A stretch of DNA of 64,000 nucleotides from the human T2T-CHM13v2.0 reference genome, Homo sapiens. Location of the stretch: assembly GCF_009914755.1 (NCBI RefSeq), contig NC_060928.1. The stretch is one strand, 5' to 3'. The notes below the pieces were generated by a model. That model saw nothing but the letters and a program-made list of their open reading frames with translations. It was not told the origin of the DNA and made no database searches. Positions 32,082-49,843 of the stretch are shown here, piece after piece (position 1 is the stretch's first letter; every line of letters begins with the position of its first letter). A program made the position numbers and the translations under genes.

Positions 32082-32934
32082 TTATATAGACAGGATACAA
32101 GAATTCAACTACAAAACCATGGCTGAAGAGCACAGAACACCCTCCCGGTTGGTGAGATAAGCTTTTGGCATTTCACCTGCTAGTAAGGGTGCCCAACTGC
32201 CAACCAGACTGCTTCAATGGGGTGAATGAGATAAAATAAATCCTTAGAAAAATGAAGTAAAAAACAAAGATACAAAAATGCAAGCTTAATGTATTTATTA
32301 TCATCAGCTTCAAGAGTTATACAATTATTTTGGCAAATCATAATAAAAATTTCTAAATGCTCACTCTCAGTGTTTCACTTAATCTCCTCGATTCAGGCTA
32401 GCAACAAAAAGACACAAATAGTAGTGCTCCCCAAACTTCAGTGTGCTCTGAATCCCCTAAAGATCTTATTAAAATGCAGATTCCGATTCAGTAGATCTCT
32501 GGTACGGCCTGAGATGCTGCTGTTCTGTGAACCTTGCTTGACTAGCAAGGGATCATCTAAAGATTCTAACCACGTGCCTGGCTGCCCACCTGGGACTAAT
32601 GACCACTAACAACCTTAAAATCAAGGTACATTTTCTACAGCCAGTTTCTCAGATGTTCCAACCCCATAACTGACCTACCGGAAATGTACGCCTGCAATAC
32701 CATTAACAGTGGGGGAGAAAATTATGGAACTGGAAACTGTATTTAAAAAAAATGTTGAAAATGAAGCACAGAGAGCTAAGTAGATGAAAATAGGGAAGTT
32801 TAAAAAACTCAAAGAGATTTAAAAAAACACAGAAGCATAGGAAGACTTCTAGCGGGACTAACTAGACTCAGAATTGGAGAAAATTATGTCTTTACACTGA
32901 AGGAGTATATCTAGCCTTGGGCAAAAAAGTTTTA

Positions 32935-33275
<341 letters not shown>

Positions 33276-33819
33276 CTATAGAAAATCATACAATAAGAAA
33301 GTCTTAAAGAAACAGACAGAAAAGACAGATTAATATAGGAAGTATATTTAGACTAACAAAAAGTATCTTATCAATAATAAGAGTCCAGAAAGCAAGAGAA
33401 TCTCCAAAAAATTGAGAGGACATAGGTTTTGACCTCGGATTTTATACCTAGCAAAATTGTCATTCAAAAGTGAGGATAAAATAGACATTTTCAGACCTGA
33501 TTGGCTAAAAATAAATTATTCTCAAGACAGCTCTCTCATTCACACACACACTCACATACACACTAAAGGATGCATTTTTCTAAGAAGAAAATTGAACTTA
33601 GAATGAAGAAGTGGAGAGTAAAAAAAGATGATGACTAAAGAATGTGGTAAATACATTTAGCCATATAAGATTAAAATAAAAGGAAATTATATGGCAATAT
33701 CACTTATATAATTAATAAGGTGCAAAAAATCTTGAAATATTACCAAATTGACCAACATTGTATTAAATTAATAATGCATTACAATCAAGGAAGGTTTATT
33801 CCAGATACATAAGGATAGT

Positions 33820-34128
33820 GGGTTTTATTTTTGTTTTTATTTTTTGGGGGACACGATCTCACTCTGTTACCCAGGCTAGAGTACAGTGGTGCAATCATGG
33901 GTCACTGCAGCCTCAACCTTCCAGGCCAAGCAATCCTCCCACTTTAGCCTTCCAAGTAGCTGGGACTACAGGCATGTGCCACCATGCCCAGCTAACTTGT
34001 TTATTTTCTGTAGAGTCGAGGTCTCTCTACGTTGCCCAGACTGGTCTTGAATTCCTGGGCTCAAGCGATCCTCCTGCCTCAGCTTCCCAAAGTCCTGGGA
34101 TTATAGGCATGAGTCACCGTGCCTGGCT
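33820..34128 (-). mobile_element. Alu (AluJ-like)
   Basis: Antisense Alu, gatagt flanks. Confidence 0.9.
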
Positions 34129-35809
34129 GATAGTTAAGTATTTTTAAATCTATTCATTTAGTGCACCACATGCACAGAATAAAGAAGAAAAAGTATGTGT
34201 TCACCTAAATAGATTTTTTAAAGTTAACAAAATTTTCAACCGACTTAGGTTAAAAATGCAAACTAGGGATAGAAATGTAATCAGGTGACAGAAACCACAC
34301 AGTAATTTGAACAGGAAAGTTCAATACAAAGAATTACTATTTCAGGGGATTAGAGTAATGAGGGCTTGGCTAGTGAAAAGTAAAGAGAACTCTAAAGAAG
34401 AACTCTAAAGCGTGCAGGATAGCATTTTTAAGGTACAGCCACTATTCCCTGGACTCAGATAGAACACCTAAAAAAGAGCTCCTGGCCCTCATACCTACGC
34501 ACACCACGGCTGAGATCAAGACCTTTTTGGAGAAGGCACAGACATGGCTCGCCGCGTGGCAGAGAAGTCACCAAGGTTCCATGCTGGCCAAACTCGCTGG
34601 AAACCCACCTTCTGAATGTTGGGGGAAGCCATCCACGGGGAGGCGCTGTGTCTTAGAACTCACCACAAAGCTGCCTTTACAGAGTGCCAGGGGAAACTGG
34701 TCACCAGAGGAGCCTAACTGACAGCACTCCACTGTAAAGTCAGCTGAGAGGACTGACTGCCGGGTTCGGCTGACCCTCTGCACAATGAGGAGACAGATGC
34801 TACAGAAGTCACCTATGTTGCAGGAGTCAGGCACAGGGAAAGCTATGAAAGCCTGTGTTGTAGGAGTCAGGCATTTAGGAAGTGGTACCCGCAGTGGCCT
34901 GGCCAGAGGAGCACACCAAGTCAGGATGAGAAGCACCCTTCCCATGCAGCGTCCTTCCACACCCCACGATGACAAGGCTTACCATCTTGCCAGCTGACAA
35001 AGGAGAAATGTTTACCAGATCCATCCCCATGATCACAAAGCAGGTATTGAAGGGTGGATTGGAACTGAAAGATGATAAGTTGGAGCTGAAAAAGTTACTC
35101 CCTGCATAGGAGGGAACTTTCTTAAACTGATAAAAGGAAGTAACTGAAAGCCTCCAGCAAAACCAATGATGAAAAATTATAAGAATTCCTTTTTAAGTCA
35201 TGTCAAGAAAAAAAGTACCTCATTACTGCTTCTATTTGATACTTCCCTGGAAGTCCTCTCAAGGCAATAAGAAAATGAAAGGAAATAAAAGGTATAAAGG
35301 CTAGAAATGAATAAACAAAAACAGTATGATTTGTAGACAATATGGCTGAACACATAGAATACTCCAAGAAATCCACAGATTGTTAGAATTAAGAAATTCA
35401 GCAAGGTTGGTGAATACAAAGTCAATATTTTTTAAATGCCCATTCTTAGTTAGCAACAAAACCTAATTAGAAATATATCTTTTAAGAATAGAGATTGCTT
35501 TGATAAAATTTATTCGTGTAGGTATTTCATTTGATATCTGTCATTTTAAATATATTGGTATGAATAAATTTAATTCGACTGTAAGCCATGATTTCGATAC
35601 TAATTTTCTTTTATTCTCTGTTTCTCTGTTTTTCTTTTTTTGGACAAATATATGTGGAAAGCCTGCTATGTGCCAACAATTGCATTAGGCCTTTAGGATA
35701 GTTATAAAGATGATCAAGATATGGTTCATTATCAAGTGGTTCAAGTTGGGGGAGAAGATAGAACTATAAAAAAATTAAAAATAGCACAGCAATGAGGTTT
35801 AAAACAGAG

Positions 35810-35915
35810 AGGAAATTAGAAGGGAGGGAGGGAAGAAAAGAGGAAGAAAGGCAGAAGGGAAAGAAGGAGGAAAGGAAGGATGAAAGGAAAGAGGTAGAGA
35901 GAAAGGGAGGGAGGA
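35810..35915. repeat. Polypurine (GGAA/GGGA-like) low-complexity tract
   Basis: ~100 nt almost purely A/G. Confidence 0.8.
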
Positions 35916-37149
35916 CAGTAACTTTAAAAATTGACAAGGGAAGGAGACAAGATGAGAAACTCTAAAAACTGCAGATATTATTTCATGCTATATGTTCCAT
36001 CCTCTGATGAGAATGTGAGGAAAGAAAATTGTATCCTGCATGGCTGAAAATGGTCCCCTACAAAAATATCATGTTGGACAACTAATCTGAGATAGTGGTA
36101 TCTCTGGAAAGCAGTTTAGCACTGGTGAGTTTGGACTTTCATGGCAGGCTGCCTTGGTTCATATCTTTTGGTAATGATACTTATCCTCTGTAAGGCCCAT
36201 TTCTTTATTTGTGAAATGAAGACAATAGAGTGCTTAGATATAATTTAGAACAATGTCCGTCACATAGTAAACACGTAATAAACGGTAGCTCTTATTGTTA
36301 TTATTATTACTATTATTACCTTGAAGACAGGGGCTCTGTCTTGTTCATCATTCCATCTCCAGCTCTTAGCACAGTCCCTGGCACAATTCAAACATGTATT
36401 TGGATGAATGACAAATAGCTACTGAATATTTGCCCTGTTCCAAGCATTGTTAGAGGTACATGGGACAGGGCAGTGAACAAAACAGGCAAAACCTCCTGCT
36501 GTCTCAGAGTTCACACTCTAATGGGGAGACCCAGGCAATGAGGAAATAATTAAAATATACAATGTGTCTTATGGCAATAAATGACAAAGAAAAATAAAGC
36601 AGAGGTGAGAAACAGTGGCAGTGTTTTGGTGATCATTTGCTTTGCAACAAGCCACTCCCCAAAGTTAGTGGCCTAAAACAATTTAATCACAGTTCATGTT
36701 CTGGCTACAACAATACACATCCCTCTCATGTGCAAAATACACTCATTCCTCCCTCAGAGCCTCGTACCATTAAGGGTTCAGGTTCAAAGCTTAAGATCTT
36801 ATCCTCTGAAGTAGGTTTAGGGACAAACAAGTCTTCTCAGGTACTTCTTCTGGGGACACAGAGACTTGTGAACTAAAAGACAAGTTACCTACCTTCCAAC
36901 ACAACTGGCATGCAATGGGGATATAGGAAAAGATAATTTCAATAGGCGCTTCTGTGCAAAAGCGGGGGAAATGAGAGTCACTCAGCAGTCACGGTTCATA
37001 TTAATCTAAAATCTAGCCAGGCATATATCCCAAGTCTTCCTGATGTGAGGACAAGAATTATTTCTTGATTAGGGCTCACTTTTTCTCTTTGAGAATGGTT
37101 CGCCTCAGCTTTTGGATTTGTCCTCTGAATCATCCTTCCTTGTCTATAA

Positions 37150-37475
<326 letters not shown>

Positions 37476-37942
37476 ATAAAATATTTTTTATGAAAACATC
37501 TCAGCGTACTCCATGCCTATAGAAAGTTTGACTCCCAGATGTCTCTTTTCATTTTGAACTATCTCTGCCCTTCTTAAATCAAGCTGATATAATTCCTTTA
37601 AATACTTTCTAGCTTTTTAACATACTAAATTAGAAAAAAAATGCCTACATTTATCTTTGAATGCTACTTTGGGCTACAAACCAAAGGGATACAGGACAGC
37701 ACCCTTAAGATTCTTAGAAGCTCTTTCGCTTGGTCAGAGGGTCTGAGGTCTTAACAAAGTGTTTTACAGCCACGCCCTTGGTTTGATCTTGACCCTAAGG
37801 TCACATTTTACTGCCAGTGCCCTGAATTTGACCTTTGCCCCAGGTTTTAATATTTTAAATTTATCTTCAGAATGTCTTGCTGTCTGGAAAAACTATTCTG
37901 GGCCGTCTTTATTTTCCCTAAATCTTGCTTAAAAATGGAATA

Positions 37943-38641
37943 CAGTAGTCCCCCCTTATTCATGGGGGATACGTTCCAAGACCCCAGTAGATGCCCAAGC
38001 CTGATTGCCATTAATCAAGACACATTTCTGTTTATGTCTTCTACCCACCGATTTAATGCCTTTTCCATCTTAACTAAGCATCTATCACGCACGGTAGCCA
38101 TACTTTCACAGTTGGAGATGTGACAGCAAAACTAGCACAAATCTCTTTTTCCTTCTTCACCATTTTTGGATAGAGGATGCATCCTTACCATAGACCTTAG
38201 CAACTTTGGCATATGAATTTTTTCCTTCTTTATTAAGTTGAGAATTTTCACCTTCTCACTTAAAGGAAGCACTTTACAGCTTCTCTTTGGCACATCCAAA
38301 TTGCCAGCATCACTACTCCTGTCCTTTGCGGCCATTGTTAAGTAAAATACGGGTGACTTGAACACAAGCACTGCATTACCTGACAGACAGTTGATCTGAT
38401 CATGGAGAGGTCTGCTAAGTGACTAATGGGTGATCATCGTAGATAGCATGGATCCGCTGGACAAAGGAATGGTTCATGTCCCAGGCAGGATGAGATTTCA
38501 TCACGCTACTCAGAACGGCACGCAATTTAAAACTTATGAATTGTTTATTCCTGGAATTTTCCATTTAATATTTTTGGACTGTGGTTGACTGCTGGTAACT
38601 GAAACTGCAGAAAGGGAAACTGGGGACAGAGGGGACTACTG
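37943..38641. mobile_element. Tigger7/MER44-type non-autonomous DNA transposon
   Basis: TIRs cagtagtcccccc / ggggactactg, TA on both sides; internal transposase remnant on - strand. Confidence 0.88.
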
Positions 38642-40286
38642 TAGTTTCTTCTTTAGGTTATTGCTTTCTTCCTGTACTTTATCTTGGGTAACTAAAAGAT
38701 ACACATTTTGGCACTTTCAATATCCTTCCTGGGTATCTCCCTAGCTAGACACCGAGTCCACTGGTTACATTTTGCTACATTCCACATTACTCCTGGAGAC
38801 CATGTTGCCAAACTTTACAACACCGTATAATGTCTGTTCCCTTTCTCAAACTTCCAGGAACAATTTCTTCACTGCCTTTTGTCTCTGCAACACCCTTCAA
38901 GTCTCCAAAGTTTTTGTTATAGTAGTACTCCACTTTTAAGTGCATGATTTTTCCATTGCTATGTTAAAAGCCACTCCATGACATAGTGGCTTAAAACAGT
39001 AATAATTCATTCAGTCTCATAATTTGTAGTTTGGGTGATTATTATAAGTACTGTCAGCTGGAAGCTGGGATAGCTAGAAGGTCTGGAATGGTTTCATCCA
39101 CACAGTAGGCATTTGGTACTGGCTGCCAGCTAAGAGCCAAGCAGAGGCCTTGGGGGAGGGCCTCAGCTGTCCTCTGCATGGGCCTCTCCATGTGGCGGCC
39201 TCAGCTTCCTCAGAGCATTGGGCTAAGTTCCAAGAAGGGAAGGCAGAATTTAAAGATCCCTTAACGCCCAGACTTCTGCCACATTCCATTTGTCAAAACA
39301 GGTCACAGGGCCAGTTGTGTTCAAGGTGAAGGGAAATAAACTCTAGATTCCACTTTTTGATGGAAAAATGGCCAGGTCATCATTGCAAACGAGCGTGAAG
39401 AATGGAATATACTGGTGTGGTCTTTTTTGGAAATACAACCTACCACAGCCAGAGTGTATGTCTACGTATGTAATTTAAAATAAGATGGTCAGGGGAGGCC
39501 TTCAGAGACAGTGACATTTGAGCAAAGACCTGAAGAAGAAGAGAGGAAGCCTTGCAGATATTTGGGATGAAAGCGTTACACACTGAAATAATTGTAAATA
39601 CAAAAACTCTGATGTGGTAATGAGCCTGGTCTACCCAAGGGATGATAAGGAGGCCACTGTGACTGAAGTAGAGGGCCAAGAAGGAAGGAATAAGTAGTTA
39701 GAGGTGAGGTCAAAGAAGTCATGAAAGCCAGATCATGTAGGGCTTAGAGGAACCTAGAGAAAGGAATGTTTGGTTAAAAGGATAAATAATTGTGTTTCCA
39801 ACAGGTGTCCATAGAATAGGCCCTTCCTATGTGGTAGTAACAAAAATAAGTAAAAACTTGAGAAAGAATCTCCTCACTCCCCACCCCCAAATTCCTGCCA
39901 GATAATTCCATAACTAGTTCCTGTCCACGGGCAACTCTATTCCACTTCCTGAAGTATAGTTTTCACAGGGAGGCGGCACAGCCTGTTAGAAAAGTTTGCC
40001 TCTACTCCTCAAACCCTGCTCTATGTGAATGAATTATCACATACATATGAATCTAATTTTCATTTCAGATACTGTCCAACTTCCCACCTTACCAACTTAG
40101 GAAAACTTCATCTTTCTTTTCAGTTTTATAGATGATGTCATTGTTGATTTTAAATTATAAAATGGAATGCTTCCAAAGGAGGTTACAGTTCCTGCTGCAA
40201 TATATCAGTCTTAGAACATGAACAACTTGTAATTGTTAAGTGCATGTTCAAAGCTAATTGTGTGGCATTTGGTTGCTGCTTTTCAG

Positions 40287-40346
40287 GAAAACTTTTAAAA
40301 GCAGAGTATATTCTGAGCAGTCTAATAAGCAACAATGGAGCAACGG
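40287..40346 (+). CDS. ALPK1: ALPK1 coding exon (exon 6; G159-G179)
   Basis: tttcag|GA AAA CTT...GCA ACG G|GTGAGT; 60 nt, phase 1-1; [19 protein letters not shown]. Confidence 0.96.
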
Positions 40347-41787
40347 GTGAGTACTTTCATATCTTCACAATGACTTTTACCTCAGCCCCGAACAGAGCAC
40401 TCATTTAATAACAACTTAGTGACTTAATAGTTACTATACCTTAGATGTTTCCAGAGCTATCTGGGGCTGGCTCTGCCACTGATGAATGAAGAAGCTTTGA
40501 TCAAGCAGCTTACATCTCTGTGTCTCTGTTTTCTCTAAGTTAAAAAAAAAAACAACAAAGACAAGGAACCTACTATTGGCCTGCTTCCTTACAGAGTATG
40601 CTATCTAATGAACAATCACTGTCAAGGCAGATAACTCAGTGGGCCTTAGAAAGGTTCAACAGCAGCTTTTAAACAAAATTGTGATTGGAAATAAAAGCCT
40701 CTAAGTTCAGAAGAGTCTGCTTCGGCTTTATCAATTTAAATGGTTCAGAAAATGGATTTGATTTTTGGTACATAAGAACTTTAATAAAAACTTGTTTCAA
40801 AATGGATTTTCTTTCAATATTTAATTATCCATGAAAGGAGGCAAGACCTAATAGTTAGGTAACAAATAACTTAAGGCTTCAGATATCTTGTCTGAATTTC
40901 TGGGCATTTAAGTTAGCAAGTTTACCAATAAGTTGAGCACAGTTTCCATTGGACTTTTAAACTCAGCATGCTTGGATGTGAGGTCTCAAACTGCCTGAAA
41001 CTTGTGGACATTTCTAGTGGGGAGACAGTTTGGAATCCAAATATTAACCACACACCCCTCACTTGTGGCCACCATCACTAAACTACAGTATACACTCTTG
41101 TCATCATGTGTGTGTGCACACACACACGCACGCACACAAGGATTCAAAGCTAGGAAGAAAATAAATATTATCTGATGTGACAGAGAATGGTGAGGGGGTA
41201 GTAAAGAGTCTGCCTCTATTTTTGATGTTTGACCGACCACTGACAGTTTTCAGGCCACAGCCTTTTTTACTTTTGCCTCACACTGGACAGTCCGATTAAA
41301 ACAAACAAACAAACAACAAAAAGCCCTTTCATCCACACACCCAAACCCAGCTTACAGGAACCTTTACCCGGCCCCACACCCCAATCACAGTGAAAAGCAA
41401 AGCCGCTCACCACTCCCTGCCTGAATCAAAGGAGCAGCTTAGGTGCTAGCCTTACTTACCCTAGAAAGTCTCATTATGTGAGCAATAAATCTTCTCATAC
41501 CCTCTTGGTACATGTGTGCAGTCATCAGTTTTGACATCCAAACAAATTTTCCTCAGATGGGATCCACCCCACGCTCCGCAAAGCAACCATAAGACAGTGG
41601 GGGTAACAGTGTAGAAATACTACTCTGTGGAGGCCTTTGAGGAAAAGCACTGAGGCTGAGACCTGAAGGAGAAGGATCTGGTTTCTTAAGAAGCCAGAGG
41701 AAAGAGAATCCCAAGCAGGGCTAGTGGTAAGTGCAGCTGCCATGAAGCAAGAGGCCAGCCCTATAACAAGGAGGCAAAATAAAGTAG

Positions 41788-42105
<318 letters not shown>

Positions 42106-42694
42106 TAAAACTTGCATTTCTCAAGGCTCATTTACAAAGCCTGGCTGCATGGTTTCACTGTGGAATTTTCTTCTTTTATCAGGCTAAAATTGTTAATTTC
42201 CACTTGCCTTAGTTTCCTCATCGAAAAGAGAATGGCATTTAAGATCCTAGGAGTGTCACAAATATTAATAAAATGTGTTTTTTTCTAGTGAGTTTTGTTA
42301 GAGAGGTTCACGGTTGTATATTGTAATGTTAACTGTAGGGTTCCCAGTGTTATTTCTAGCATCTGACTCAGTTCAGCAGGACTCCATGTGATATGGTGAC
42401 ACCTTATACTATACCCACCGTGACACTGTTTTCGTTCATTCCTTAAGGTATTCATGAATTTTTCAAGTTTATAGAATGCTAATATACTTTAGAATGCAAA
42501 ATAATGGTTTGAGAAATTTTAACAGGAGGTGGCAATTATTATTTTTGTAAAAAACTGAGATAACTACATATATTACACATATTATATATACAAATATATA
42601 ATAATTCTGTTTCCCAGTGAAATGGAAAAATTGTCTATATTACAACTGGAAAAACATTGCTGTGTCAATCTAATCTAAGCCTAAGTTTTCCTAA

Positions 42695-42949
<255 letters not shown>

Positions 42950-43713
42950 TGACAGAAGTCCATTTCTCATATATCAATTTCATCTGTCCTATTTTTATTT
43001 ATTTTTCACAAGCATAGGGCCAGGTACAGTTAGTAGCTTCCTTATGTGTCTTGCTTCATCCTCACTCACAGCTAGACTCTTGGTGCATAGATGGTGTTCT
43101 TATAATCATTTGTAACTGTCCATTTATATATTTATCTCTACTGGTCCATTCATTTATCTGTTTTGTTATATATTTACTCTTTACTTGATTGCATAGCAAA
43201 GTTGAGATGACCAAGTTGCTTATATGTAAAATCAGTTTTCTTGAGTTGAGTGGGCGAAGACTTCAACTGTTTATATAGCACCTTTATTCAAGAAATTGAG
43301 GAAGGTCATCTGCCTTCCTACTTGACATTTTCATTTTCTGGAATTCTGTGGGAATAGTCTCATTATCTGAAACATCTGGTTATTACATTTCCCTGAGCTG
43401 TGTAAGCAATTACTGTCTACGATTCTTTTACAATACAGACTGATATGAGCTCTTCCTTGGGCCAGTTATTCAGGCCTAGCAGTAGGGACAAGTTAGTATT
43501 GATCATCCAGTGAAACCCAACTGAGAAGTAGCTGTGTTTACATTAGGCCCATGTGCCCTAGGATGTGTTGATCCTTCAAGCTCTGTGGCAGCCAATTTAA
43601 AAATATCTCCAAGTCAGGGTATTAATTATTACACAATGTATATATATGTCAAAATGTCACATTGTATCCCATAAACATGTATAATTATTATATACATGTT
43701 TGATATAAAACAT

Positions 43714-43776
43714 GTATTTTTAAAAATAGTATTTTTAAAAATAGTATTTTTAAAAATTGATTTTTAAAAATAGTAT
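43714..43776. repeat. ~4 x 15-bp tandem repeat of a palindromic unit (TATTTTTAAAAATAG)
   Basis: Seen directly. Confidence 0.85.
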
Positions 43777-43912
43777 CTCCAATGTCATAGTAATAAAATA
43801 TTAATAGGCAAATAGTTCATATGGAGGAATAATCATAGCCTTTAGGCCATGGATGAGAGCAGTAATCCACTGTGAATTCCCGATCTGTGACTTCTTTGTG
43901 TTTTTCTTACAG

Positions 43913-44008
43913 GGCCTCTCCACGTCGCTAGGTATACTGGCAGACATCTTTGTTTCCATGAGCAAGAACGATTATGAAAAGTTTAAAAACAATCCACAAA
44001 TTAATTTG
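43913..44008 (+). CDS. ALPK1: ALPK1 coding exon (exon 9; G234-L265), contains T237 and Y254
   Basis: ttcttacag|GGC CTC TCC ACG...AAT TTG|GTAATT; 96 nt, phase 0-0; [32 protein letters not shown]. Confidence 0.97.
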
Positions 44009-45473
44009 GTAATTATCATAACACTGAGTGGCATCACCTGTAAAATTGTCAATCGTGTCCTTGGTGGTTGGTTAGTGGCTGTCTTTCTCAGGAGATTGGG
44101 AGGCAGGGAGCTCAGTGCTGCGCCTCCTAGACAAATGGGAGGAATCCTGGGGAGGAGTCTTGTGGGGTCCTATTTGGCTTTATTATCCCAGCGCCTAGCA
44201 CTGTAACAGACACTCAGAGAGTGCTCAGAAAGTTACTGGTGAATGAATGAATGAATATCAACAAAATGATTTTGAGCCTCACTTCTTTCCTTTCAAAGTA
44301 TAACAAAATGCAGTTTCCAAACTTGGGCCATCTTGATGATAAAGGGGTAATAATTTTAAAACTTTGTAATCACCATCTGTTCAAATCAGAGCATCAGTCC
44401 CTTGTTCCAGGCTCTCGTCCTTGATAATAATGACTGCTAATTTTTATATATCACTTTACAACTCAAGAAAGTATATATATATCCAATAAAACCCTATGAG
44501 GAGGGTAGAGCAAAGTGTATCATTCCATTTTAGAGAAAAATAAAATGCAGTGCAGAGAAACTAACTAACCTCTGCAGTTTACACAACCAGTAAGAGAGAG
44601 AACTGGGAGCTGAGCCCAGATCTCTGACCAGCCCAGAGAAGTGACAAGGATGTTCTGCTGCTCTTCACACTGTGCTTAAATGGAGTTTTTATTATCGTCT
44701 ATATTGCCATTTTTATTCAAGACCCCATTATTAAAGATACCATTAAATCACAACAGTAACCATGCTCAATACTAATTAGTGTAGCAAAAGAACACATACA
44801 GCTTGCTGATGGTAATCTGAATCTAAGATGTTGCTTTTTCTGTTTGACCAAAACAGGAGGATCATGTCCCTTGTTCACTGAAGTTATCCCTGATGACCGT
44901 TTAAAATTGCAAACTTCCTTCCCATCCTGGGCCTCCCTAACCCCTTCTCCATTTATTGTCTCTCCAGAACACTTGTCATAATCTCAAATACTATGCACTT
45001 TACTTGTTTTGTATATTGACTGGTCCCTCCCCCACAACAGAAAGTAAGCTCCTTGAGGGCTCACTGTCTGCTGTTTCCCCTGTGTCTAGAACAGGCCCTG
45101 GAATGTGGTGGTACTCTATACGTATTTACAGAATTAATAAATGAATTCTAATTGCTGTGAAATCATCAATTAAAGGGCTCTTTGCCAAGAGCGTGCAGAA
45201 ATCAATTAATCTGGCTTCAAAATGTGCAGTTCCTTTGAACAAAGAACTGCCACCGTCCTCCAAAGAAGCTCACCCAAATTATTTTGCACAGGTGTGTGTC
45301 TGCTGGGAAAAAGGAAAGTCAACACCTTGTGGTCTTTAGACCCACTTACTCTTTCTTTACACTGTTCTGAACGGGTTGCGGTGAGGAGTCCCTTGAAATC
45401 ATGAAAGAAAAGCAAAACCATTTCATAGCCTGTTTTTTGCTCATCGATAATTAATTATCACCATTCCACTTAG

Positions 45474-45680
<207 letters not shown>

Positions 45681-45881
45681 TAACCTTCAAACAGGCTTTG
45701 TGTCTCATCAGTGGCAATTGTGATAAGACTCCACACCACATATGGAAAAATTTTATTGGTCGGAGTTTTGACAGCCTACTAGGAGCTAAATTAATTCAGC
45801 CCAAGGGTAGATTGTTGTCTGTTGTGAAGCAATGGTTCCCAAGCCTGAGTGCACATCAAAATCACCCAAGGAACCTTCTCA

Positions 45882-46243
<362 letters not shown>

Positions 46244-46628
46244 ATACTACACATTTCTGAGCTCCACCCTAGATCCACTAAATGCAAATCTCTGAGGTTG
46301 GTATCCAAAAATCTTTAATTTTGGAATATTGTCCAGGTGATTCAAATGCACAGATGCATTCGGAAACCAATGCCCTATTGTTTCGACATTAAATGAATGA
46401 TGTATTCATATATGGCATCCTTATTTGCATAGAGAAACTTATATCCATTTCCATGGATAGACTCTGTTAAAACTAACAACAGCAACAAACACAAGCCTAT
46501 CGTCTTTAATCAAAATGTATCAAAGATACAATAGGATGGTAATTGAAGCTGATTTCTTACCCCTTCATGCCAGCCAGTCACTTATATCCCCATCCCTTCT
46601 TCTGATTCACCAAAAAGGCCTCGGGTCC

Positions 46629-46736
46629 TTAACTCAATGTTTGCCTGTATATTTTCCTTAGAATGTATGTGGCATGTGTTCATTTTTCTATAATATTTCA
46701 AATGACTGTCCTCCAGAAATGAAAAGTTTGTCCTGA
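46629..46736 (+). pseudogene. Degenerate tandem duplicate of the exon 11 acceptor region and first ~23 codons (pseudo-exon start)
   Basis: 55/69 nt identical to 46791-46859 by my count, including a 22-nt exact match; intact AG at 46660-46661. Confidence 0.85.
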
Positions 46737-46766
46737 TTCACTTGCAGTTTTCAATTCAATATCTGA

Positions 46767-49154
<2,388 letters not shown>

Positions 49155-49519
49155 TAAGGACACACGAGGTAGTGAGGGAGACAGGAAACTTAGAGGACTC
49201 TGGCACAGCCATCACTAAGGGTTGAAAACAGCTCTGGAGGCCGTCTCATCCACTCAGCATCTATCTTCTTCATTGATTCTCATTACCAATCAGGTGATTT
49301 TAACAGGCTGGATACCATATTATCTGCTCAGCATCTGTCTTCTCCTTCGAGTCTTTTTACCAACCAACTGATTTTTCTCTATCTTTCCCCATTAGAATTC
49401 TATGGGGACATGGTTTGACCTAGTTAAATATCATCTTTCTATTGGGCAGAGACTTTTTACACCTGTCTACCTAAGCGGTTTCTTGCCAGCCAATTGGTTG
49501 GTCAAGTGCATCCTCATCT

Positions 49520-49843
49520 TGTATTCATGATTCTGTAACAAAATGCCATCAACTGGGTAGCATATGAACAACAGAAATTTATTCCTCATAATTCTGGAGC
49601 CTGGAAGTCCAGGATGAAGGTACTGCTTTCTGGTTCATTGACAGCGCCTTTTCTCTGTGTCCTCACATAGTGGAAGGGGGAAGGGTTTCTCTGGGATCTC
49701 TTTTATGAGGGCACTCATCCCATCTATGAGGAATCTACCCCTCAGGACCTAATCACCTCCCAAAGTCTCCAGCTCCCAACACCATCACCTTGTGGGTTAG
49801 AACTTCAACATGTGAATTTAGGGGGGATAAAAACTTCCAGACT
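49520..49843 (-). mobile_element. MaLR LTR (MLT1A-like)
   Basis: aacaacagaaatttatt...ttctggag...ggaagtcc...aatcacctcccaaag...caacatgtgaattt. Confidence 0.8.

Noticed and set aside
43714-43776. Palindromic repeat array as CRISPR-like
   Set aside because: No unique spacers, no cas genes, primate intron context
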